Assembly: GCA_035651955.1 (NCBI GenBank)
Contig: DASRES010000015.1
Location: 70,208 to 134,207 of the forward strand
Direction of reading: 5' to 3'
DNA from: Acidimicrobiia bacterium
GTDB taxonomy: Bacteria; Actinomycetota; Acidimicrobiia; IMCC26256; JAMXLJ01
DNA: 64,000 nucleotides
The notes under the pieces were generated by a model that did not search any database, was not told the origin of the DNA, and saw only the letters and a program-made list of their open reading frames with translations. A program made the translations under genes and the position numbers. Positions 26,976 to 35,090 of the stretch are shown here, one piece after another (the first letter of the stretch is position 1; each line of letters opens with the position of its first letter).

Positions 26976-28400
26976 GTGACCCCCGTGAACGCCTCGGACT
27001 TCGATCGCTGCTACCGCGCCGTACGGGCACGCGACGCCCGCTTCGACGGCTGGTTCGTGACCGCGGTGCTGACGACCCGCGTGTACTGCCGCCCGAGCTG
27101 CCCGGCCCGCACGCCGTTGCCCGAGAACGTCCGCTTCTTCTCGACGGCCGCCGCCGCGCACCATGCCGGCTTCCGTGCGTGCAAGCGGTGCCGGCCCGAC
27201 GCGGTGCCGGGCTCGCCCGAGTGGAACGCGCGCGCGGACGTCGTCGCGCGGGCCGTGCGCCTCGTGGCCGACGGCGTCGTCGACCGCGAGGGCGTGGGTG
27301 GCGTCGCGCGGCGGGTCGGGTACAGCGAGCGACAGCTCCACCGGCAGCTCGTCGCCGAGGTGGGCGTCGGCCTGCTCGCGCTCGCACGTGCACAGCGCGC
27401 ACAGACCGCGCGCGTCCTGATCGAGACGACCGACCTGCCGTTCGCGCACGTCGCGTTCGCCGCCGGCTTCGGCAGCATCCGCCAGTTCAACGACACCGTG
27501 CGCGAGGTCTTCGCGATGTCGCCCGGCGAGCTCCGACGTCGCCGCCGCGCCGCGAACGTCCGCACACCCGGCGTCGTGGTGGTCCGACTGCCGTACCGGG
27601 AGCCGTTCGCCGCGCACGAGCTCTTCGAGTTCCTCGCGGCGCGCGCCGTGCCCGGCGTCGAGGTCGCATCGGACGACGTGTACCGGCGGTCGCTCCGGCT
27701 GCCGCACGGCGCGGGCGTCGTCGCGCTCCGCCCCGGCGACGGGCACGTGGTGTGCGAGCTCCGTCTCGACGACGTGCGTGACCTCACCACCGCCGTCTCG
27801 CGCAGTCGCGCGCTGCTCGATCTCGACGCCGACCCCGTCGCCGTCGACGAGCAGCTGGGGGCCGACCCCGTCCTCGGGCCGTGGGTCCGCAAGACCCCGG
27901 GGATCCGCGTGCCGGGGACGGTGGACGGCGACGAGCTCGCGATGCGCGTCGTGCTCGGACAGCAGGTGAGCGTCGCGGGTGCGCGCACGCTGGCGGCGCG
28001 ACTCACGGCCGAGCACGGCGACACGCTGGACGACGACGGCGTCACTCATCTGTTCCCGAGCGCGGCGACGATCGCGGCGGTCGACCCGGCCGCGCTGCCG
28101 ATGCCGCGCGCGCGTGCGAAGACGCTCGTCGGGCTGGCGACCGCGCTCGCCGACGGCACCGTCGTCGTCGACGCGGGCGCGGACCGCACGGAGCTGCGCG
28201 AGCGGTTGCTCGCGCTCCCCGGCGTGGGGGAGTGGACCGCCGATCTCGTCGTGATGCGGGGCACGGGCGACCCCGACGTGTTCCTCGCCCGCGACCTCGG
28301 GGTCCGGCGCGCGCTCGCCCGGTTCGGACGGCGGGTCGACCCCACGTCGTGGCGCCCGTGGCGCTCGTACGCGGTACAGCATGTCTGGAGGATGCAATGA
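26976..28400 (+). CDS. alkA: Fused Ada regulatory domain (Zn-Cys4 + AraC HTH) / DNA-3-methyladenine glycosylase II (AlkA)
   Basis: Contains CRPSCPAR...CKRCRP, an AraC HTH (FAHVAFAAGFGSIRQFNDTVREVF) and a HhH-GPD motif (LPGVGEWTADLVVMRG). Confidence 0.9.
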   Translation: MTPVNASDFDRCYRAVRARDARFDGWFVTAVLTTRVYCRPSCPARTPLPENVRFFSTAAAAHHAGFRACKRCRPDAVPGSPEWNARADVVARAVRLVADGVVDREGVGGVARRVGYSERQLHRQLVAEVGVGLLALARAQRAQTARVLIETTDLPFAHVAFAAGFGSIRQFNDTVREVFAMSPGELRRRRRAANVRTPGVVVVRLPYREPFAAHELFEFLAARAVPGVEVASDDVYRRSLRLPHGAGVVALRPGDGHVVCELRLDDVRDLTTAVSRSRALLDLDADPVAVDEQLGADPVLGPWVRKTPGIRVPGTVDGDELAMRVVLGQQVSVAGARTLAARLTAEHGDTLDDDGVTHLFPSAATIAAVDPAALPMPRARAKTLVGLATALADGTVVVDAGADRTELRERLLALPGVGEWTADLVVMRGTGDPDVFLARDLGVRRALARFGRRVDPTSWRPWRSYAVQHVWRMQ

Positions 28401-28909
28401 GGAAGACGACGAACGAACCCGGCACCTTGCTCGTCGAGTCGCCGGTCGGGCCGCTGATGCTGCACGCGGCCGCGGACGGCGTCACCGGGCTGTCGCTCGA
28501 CGGCGCGCGCATGGCGCGTGCGCGTGTCGACGGGACGCGCGATGCGGCCGCGCACCTCGACGCGCTCGCGTCGCAACTCGACGAGTACTTCGACGGTTCG
28601 CGCACGGAGTTCGACGTGCCGCTCGCGCTCGACGGCTCGTCGTTCCAGCGCGAGGTGTGGCACGCGCTGCGGGCGATCCCGTACGGCGAGACGGTCAGCT
28701 ACGGCGAGCTCGCGACGCGCATCGGCCGACCAGGCGCGCAGCGCGCGGTCGGGCTCGCGAACGGGCAGAACCCCGTCGCGATCGTCGTGCCATGCCATCG
28801 CGTGATCGGTGCCGACGGGTCGCTCACCGGGTACGGCGGCGGTCTCGAGCGCAAGCGCTACCTGCTCGGCCTCGAGGCGGGGCGGACGGAGCTCCCGCTC
28901 CTCGTGTGA
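28397..28909 (+). CDS. ogt: Methylated-DNA--protein-cysteine methyltransferase
   Basis: Contains the PCHRVIG active site and YGELA. ATGA overlap with the upstream gene. Confidence 0.95.
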   Translation: MRKTTNEPGTLLVESPVGPLMLHAAADGVTGLSLDGARMARARVDGTRDAAAHLDALASQLDEYFDGSRTEFDVPLALDGSSFQREVWHALRAIPYGETVSYGELATRIGRPGAQRAVGLANGQNPVAIVVPCHRVIGADGSLTGYGGGLERKRYLLGLEAGRTELPLLV

Positions 28910-28948
28910 CCGTCGCGGCACGGTCCGACGCGGCCGTTGCCGACGGCG

Positions 28949-29410
28949 TCACGCGAGCCGGGCGGGGAACCCGCCGGTCGCGACGGGTCCCCAGCGCGTC
29001 GGCGTGACGCGCAGCAGCGACTTGCCCTGGCGCACCATCGCAGCCCGGTACTCGTCCCAGTCGGGGTGCTCGCCGGCGATCGACCGGTAGTACTCGACGA
29101 GCGGCTCGACCGCGTCCGTACCGTCCACCACCTCGGCGCGGCCGTCGATCTGAACCCACGGACCGCCGAAGTCGTCGGAGAGCACGACGACGCTGACGCG
29201 CGCGTCGCGACGTGCGTTGCGCGTCTTGGCCCGCTCCGGATACGTCGACACGACGATGCACCCGGCGGTGTCCACACCGCAGGTGACCGGCGACGCCTGC
29301 GGTGTGCCGTCGGCGCGTGTGGTGATGAGCACGGCGTGATGACGCGGCCTGACGAAGTCGAGCAGCTCCTCGCGCGTCACGGTCGTGTTCGTCGCGATGT
29401 TCGGGCTCAC
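28949..29410 (-). CDS. PPOX-class (pyridoxamine-5'-phosphate oxidase-like), probably F420-dependent, oxidoreductase
   Basis: GTG 29410 follows SD GGAGGAG. Motifs: [18 protein letters not shown], and a split-barrel pattern VSVVVLSDD...[11 protein letters not shown]. Confidence 0.75.
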   Translation of the reverse strand: MSPNIATNTTVTREELLDFVRPRHHAVLITTRADGTPQASPVTCGVDTAGCIVVSTYPERAKTRNARRDARVSVVVLSDDFGGPWVQIDGRAEVVDGTDAVEPLVEYYRSIAGEHPDWDEYRAAMVRQGKSLLRVTPTRWGPVATGGFPARLA

Positions 29411-29491
29411 GCCGTCTCCTCCGGTCGGGCCGCTGGCCCCCTCGGGCCGGGCCCTCCCCGTCTCCGGCCAGGGCCCGGCTTCGTCCGCACG

Positions 29492-29497
29492 TATCCT
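29492..29497 (+). promoter_or_regulatory. -10-like hexamer TATCCT, 7 nt upstream of the ettA ATG (leaderless geometry)
   Basis: Matches TANNNT; no SD is present. Confidence 0.35.
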
Positions 29498-29504
29498 CGG
29501 ATCC

Positions 29505-31187
<1,683 letters not shown>

Positions 31188-31201
31188 CTCGCGCGCGCTC
31201 A

Positions 31202-31254
31202 TGTTTCATTGAGACCTGAGTACCGCCTGACCACGCAGATCTGTCAATGAAACA
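31202..31254. terminator. AT-rich long imperfect hairpin between ettA and the convergent NYN gene
   Basis: TGTTTCATTGA (31202-31212) pairs perfectly with TCAATGAAACA (31244-31254), and 5 more pairs lie inside a bulge. The right arm includes the NYN stop codon. Confidence 0.55.
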
Positions 31255-31615
31255 ACCAGCGGGCCCCCTCCACGGATGCGCCGAGGTCGCGGACGCGTGA
31301 CGCGAGGGCGCGGTCGGACGTGATGACGGTCAGCGACGACGGCTCGGCGTCGTCGCTCACGAGCTCGACGATGCGGTCGTCCGCCGCGTCACGGCCGCCC
31401 CGGCGCGCGTACCGCACCGTGATCCCGTCGTGGTCGCCCTCCGGCAGGTCGGGGAGTGGACGGCCGTCGAGCACCAGCGCGATGTCGTCGCCCGTCTCCA
31501 CCGCGAGCCGCTGCAACCGCTCGACCAGCCGGCGCACCGCACCGTCGCGGTCGCGCCACCAGCCGTCGGGCGTGGAGCCGATCACGTTCATCCCGTCGAC
31601 GACGAGGCGCGCCAC
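31244..31615 (-). CDS. NYN/YacP-like (PIN-fold) domain protein
   Basis: GTG 31615 within ORF 31244..33277. Motifs: LVVDGMNVIGSTPDGWW, ALVLDG, TVITSDRAL. Confidence 0.75.
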   Translation of the reverse strand: MARLVVDGMNVIGSTPDGWWRDRDGAVRRLVERLQRLAVETGDDIALVLDGRPLPDLPEGDHDGITVRYARRGGRDAADDRIVELVSDDAEPSSLTVITSDRALASRVRDLGASVEGARWLFH

Positions 31616-31630
31616 CCCCGCATGCTGCCC

Positions 31631-31636
31631 TACGCT
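31631..31636 (+). promoter_or_regulatory. -10-like hexamer TACGCT, 6 nt upstream of the P450 GTG (leaderless geometry)
   Basis: Matches TANNNT. The whole divergent intergenic region is only 27 nt. Confidence 0.35.
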
Positions 31637-31642
31637 CCGGGC

Positions 31643-32875
31643 GTGAGCACGACGCCGACCGTCGCGTTCAACCCCTTCGAGCCGGGCTTCTTCGACGACC
31701 CGTACGCGCAGTACGCGCTGCTCCGCACGCACGACCCCGTCCACCACACGCCGATCGGGCCCGTCGCGCTGTTCCGCTACGAGGACGTCTTCACCCTCCT
31801 GCGCGATCCGACGCTGAGCGTGGACGAGCGCAACGCGGAGCCGTTCCCGGTGCCCGAGGACGTCGCCGCGCTCGTCGAGGGGCGCGAGGACTTCGGGCAG
31901 CTGACGATGCTCAACCGCGACCCGCCCGATCACGACCGGCTCCGCCGTCTCGTGTCGCGCGTCTTCACGCCGCGGCGCATCGAGCAGCTGCGGCCGCGCG
32001 TGACGGAGCTCGTCGACGCCGCGCTCGACGCCGCGGCCGCAAGTGGCGTCGAGATGGACGTCGTCGCGCAGCTCGCGTTCCCGCTGCCCTTCCAGGTGAT
32101 CTCCGACATGCTCGGCATGCCGGAGGCCGACGGCGCGCACATGCGCGACTGGTCGCACACGATGACGAAGATGCTCGACCCGATCGTCGCGTACGACGAC
32201 GTCGAGGCCGCGCTGCACGCGTCCGACTCGATGCTCGCCCATGTACGCGCGGCGATCGCGTGGAAGCGGCGCGAGCCGGCGGACGACCTGCTGAGCGCGC
32301 TCGTGTCCGTCGCCGACGACCGCACCGGCGAGCAGCTCTCGGAGGACGAGCTCGTCGCGCAGGTCGTGCTGCTCTACATCGCCGGGCACGAGACGACCGT
32401 CAACCTGATCGGCAACGGCGTGCTCGCGCTGTTGCGTCACCCGGGCGAGCTCGCGCGCCTGCGCGACGACCCCTCGCTCGACGCGAACGCGGTCGAGGAG
32501 CTGCTCCGCTACGACAGCCCGGTGCAGTTCTCGCGCCGCATCACCACGCGAGACGTCGAGATCGCGGGCGTTCCCGTCCCGGCCCGCACGTTCGTGATGA
32601 CCTGCCTCGCGTCCGCCAACCGGGATCGGGCGAAGTGGGGTCCGACCGCCGACGACCTCGACCTCGGCCGCGACGGCGCGTCGCAGCACGTGTCGTTCGG
32701 CAGCGGCGTCCACTACTGCCTGGGCGCCGCGCTCGCGCGCCTCGAGGGACAGGTCGCGATCCCGCGCCTCGTGCGGCGCTTCCCCGAGCTCACGCTGCTC
32801 GACGAGCAGCCGGTGTGGGGCGGCCGCATCGTGCTGCGCGGGCTCGACCGTCTGCGCGTGTCGCTCGCCGGCTGA
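31643..32875 (+). CDS. Cytochrome P450
   Basis: 410 aa. Haem-binding loop FGSGVHYCLGAALAR, I-helix AGHETT, and EELLRY (ExxR). Confidence 0.95.
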   Translation: MSTTPTVAFNPFEPGFFDDPYAQYALLRTHDPVHHTPIGPVALFRYEDVFTLLRDPTLSVDERNAEPFPVPEDVAALVEGREDFGQLTMLNRDPPDHDRLRRLVSRVFTPRRIEQLRPRVTELVDAALDAAAASGVEMDVVAQLAFPLPFQVISDMLGMPEADGAHMRDWSHTMTKMLDPIVAYDDVEAALHASDSMLAHVRAAIAWKRREPADDLLSALVSVADDRTGEQLSEDELVAQVVLLYIAGHETTVNLIGNGVLALLRHPGELARLRDDPSLDANAVEELLRYDSPVQFSRRITTRDVEIAGVPVPARTFVMTCLASANRDRAKWGPTADDLDLGRDGASQHVSFGSGVHYCLGAALARLEGQVAIPRLVRRFPELTLLDEQPVWGGRIVLRGLDRLRVSLAG

Positions 32876-32918
32876 CGGACTGCAACCCGTTCGCAGTCCG
32901 GGTCCCGAATCGGGCAAG

Positions 32919-33404
32919 GTGAGGTCCGTGAGCGTCCGGTCCGTCCGCCTCATTCCCGACGCGTCGCAGCAGGAGGTGCTCCTGTCGACGCTGCAGCGCG
33001 TCAACCGCGCGTCCAACGAGGCGCGCACCAAGGCGTTGGAGCAAGGGGTGACGTCGGGGACGGGTCTGCGCGAGATCGTCCGGGAGGCGCTCGAGCGCTT
33101 CAAGCTCCCCGCCGGGTTCTCGACGCCCGCGTTCCGGCGCGTCGAGGCGTCGCTCTCGGGCCCGACCGGGCGCCGCCAGCGCTTCAGCGAGTACCAGTCG
33201 CTCGTGTTCCCCGCGTCGTCGCTGCGGTGGCCGTCGTCCGACCGGGTCGTGATGCCGACCGCGGCCGGCCGGCGCACCGTCCGCGCGTACGTCGAGCCGG
33301 GCGGTCACGGTGGCCTCCGGCCGCCGCTCGAAGGCCTCGACGCCGCGCTCGTCTACCGCAACGGCGAGTTCGACCTCGTCGCGGCGGACGACCCCGACGA
33401 ATGA
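32919..33404 (+). CDS. TnpB-like (IS200/IS605 OrfB) N-terminal domain only; RuvC half absent (IS remnant or domesticated fragment)
   Basis: 161 aa. VRLIPDASQQEVLLSTLQRVNRASNEA..., FKLPAGFSTPAFRRVEASL, VVMPTAAGRRTVRAYV and ALVYRNGEFDLV follow the N-terminal layout of OrfB/TnpB. The ORF stops where the RuvC domain would begin. Confidence 0.45.
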   Translation: MRSVSVRSVRLIPDASQQEVLLSTLQRVNRASNEARTKALEQGVTSGTGLREIVREALERFKLPAGFSTPAFRRVEASLSGPTGRRQRFSEYQSLVFPASSLRWPSSDRVVMPTAAGRRTVRAYVEPGGHGGLRPPLEGLDAALVYRNGEFDLVAADDPDE

Positions 33405-33481
33405 CGGCGGGCGACGACCGCGCCGCGCGGACGAACGCCGGCCGTGGGCCGATGCCCACGACGGCCGGCGCCGAGGGAGCC

Positions 33482-34099
33482 ATGGGCGCGACGACGACGC
33501 TGCTGCTCGTCCGGCACGGCCAGTCGACGTGGAACGCGGCCGGCCGCTGGCAGGGCCACGCCGACCCGCCGCTGTCACGCCTCGGTGAGGAGCAGGCCCG
33601 CCAGGCCGGGTCCCGGCTCGCGTCCAACGGCCGGGTGGACGCCGTCGTGACGTCCGACCTGCGGCGCGCCCACCAGACGGCACGTCTCGTCGCCGGGGCG
33701 CTCGGGCTCGACCCGGTCGTCGACACGCGCGTGCGCGAGCGCGACGCGGGGGAGTGGACCGGGCTCACACGCGACGACATCGAACGCGACTGGCCGGGAT
33801 ACCTCGCCGACCATCGCCGGCCACCCGGCTTCGAGGACGACGCGACCCTGCTCGCGCGCGTGCTCCCCGCGCTCGTCGACCTCGCGGCGCGCCACGAGCG
33901 CGGGCGCGTGCTCGTCGTCACCCACGGCGGTGTCGTGCGGACCGTCGAGCGCCACTTGGGGACGACGGGACCGCCGCTCGCCAACCTCGGCGGCCGTGCC
34001 GTGCACGTGCGCCGCGACGCGTCGACCGTTGTGGTGGGCGAGGCCCTCCTGCTGGCCGGCGGCGACGACGTCACCGTCACGGTCCCCAACCAGATCTGA
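33482..34099 (+). CDS. Histidine phosphatase (phosphoglycerate mutase-like) family protein
   Basis: Contains LVRHGQSTWN (RHG motif), SDLRRAHQTA and VVTHGG. ATG 33452 is an alternative start. Confidence 0.88.
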   Translation: MGATTTLLLVRHGQSTWNAAGRWQGHADPPLSRLGEEQARQAGSRLASNGRVDAVVTSDLRRAHQTARLVAGALGLDPVVDTRVRERDAGEWTGLTRDDIERDWPGYLADHRRPPGFEDDATLLARVLPALVDLAARHERGRVLVVTHGGVVRTVERHLGTTGPPLANLGGRAVHVRRDASTVVVGEALLLAGGDDVTVTVPNQI

Positions 34100-34114
34100 C
34101 GGAGCGGCGAGCGT

Positions 34115-34141
34115 CTGCGGGCGGGGTATCCCCGCCCGCAG
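34115..34141. terminator. GC-rich 12-bp hairpin between convergent genes (related to the hairpin at 39547)
   Basis: CTGCGGGCGGGG-TAT-CCCCGCCCGCAG. Confidence 0.6.
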
Positions 34142-34185
34142 CGAGTGCGACCATGGACATGGCGGCCGGGTGCCAGACCCGCGCC

Positions 34186-34473
34186 TCAGGGCCTGATGGT
34201 GAAGATGTCGACGGCGATCTCCTGGGGCGGAGTCGGGAAGCCGCCCTCGATGCCCGCCTGCAGCCGCGGCATCAGGACGTCGTCGCGGAAGCGCTCCCAG
34301 CTCGCCTGCGTCTCGTGGACGGCCAGGATCGTCCAGCCGCCCTCGGACGGGCCGGCCGCGTGGAAGATCTGCCCGTCGGGCAGGCTGCCGTCGGCGGGAT
34401 GCACGGCGCGCAGCGACGCCTCGTAGTTCTCCTTCGTCCCACCCGGGAAGTGATGCACGATTCCGTACGGCAT
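34186..34473 (-). CDS. Small hypothetical protein P1 (95 aa)
   Basis: ATG 34473 (MPYGIVHHFPGG...). C-terminal GGFPTPPQEIAVDIF motif is shared with P2 and P3. Confidence 0.6.
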   Translation of the reverse strand: MPYGIVHHFPGGTKENYEASLRAVHPADGSLPDGQIFHAAGPSEGGWTILAVHETQASWERFRDDVLMPRLQAGIEGGFPTPPQEIAVDIFTIRP

Positions 34474-34517
34474 GTCGGGTCCTTTCGGTCGTGTCGGTCG
34501 AGCGTGCCGACCCGGCC

Positions 34518-34562
34518 GCGTCACCCGCGCGTCACCCGTACCTGATGCGCGGGTGACGCGCG
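34518..34562. promoter_or_regulatory. Cluster of 11-nt repeat units (GGGTGACGCGC type), two per strand; putative SARP operator in a divergent promoter region
   Basis: GCGTCACCCGC and GCGTCACCCGT (34518-34539) are two units on the minus strand. CCTGATGCGCGGGTGACGCGCG (34541-34562) lies on the plus strand. A 13-bp perfect inverted repeat pairs 34526-34538 with 34550-34562. Confidence 0.45.
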
Positions 34563-34603
34563 TGGGTCGTCAGCCTCCCCGAAACACACGAGAGGAGGCG
34601 CAT

Positions 34604-34948
34604 ATGCCGTCCGTTGGGTTCGTCGCACCGATACTTCCCGGCAAGACCGAGGACGACCGTGCCGCGATCGCGTCGTGCGCGCACGGTGGCGACCGGCACG
34701 CCGAGTACGTGAGGTCGCGCACGCGCGCGGGCATCACGCGCGAGCGCGTCTGGCACCAGAGCACACCGACGGGCGACGTCGCGGTGATCTACATGGAAGC
34801 CGACGATCTCGACGCCGCGTTCAAGACGCTCGGAACGTCCGACGATCCGTTCGATCGTTGGTTCCGTGACCGCGTGCGCGACGTGCACGGGATCGCGCTG
34901 GAGGACGGTTTCCCGCCGCCGGAGCAGATCCTCGACTTCGAACGCTGA
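34604..34948 (+). CDS. Small hypothetical protein P2 (114 aa)
   Basis: ATG 34604 follows SD AGAGGAGG. Contains GDVAVIYMEADDLDAAF...DGFPPPEQILDF. Confidence 0.65.
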   Translation: MPSVGFVAPILPGKTEDDRAAIASCAHGGDRHAEYVRSRTRAGITRERVWHQSTPTGDVAVIYMEADDLDAAFKTLGTSDDPFDRWFRDRVRDVHGIALEDGFPPPEQILDFER

Positions 34949-34998
34949 CGCCCGGCGCCGTCACATCCCGACCCCGAGCCGCCCGCCCGCAGCCCGGT

Positions 34999-35004
34999 TA
35001 GAGT
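34999..35004 (+). promoter_or_regulatory. -10-like hexamer TAGAGT upstream of the SARP regulator gene
   Basis: Matches TANNNT. It lies 87 nt upstream of ATG 35091. Confidence 0.3.
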
Positions 35005-35090
35005 CCCGCGTCGCTCGACAGGGCGCGGCGGCGGGCAGGCCACGGGAGCAGGCAGGCGGGCATGGGGTTCGTTCTCGACGACGCGCGCGC

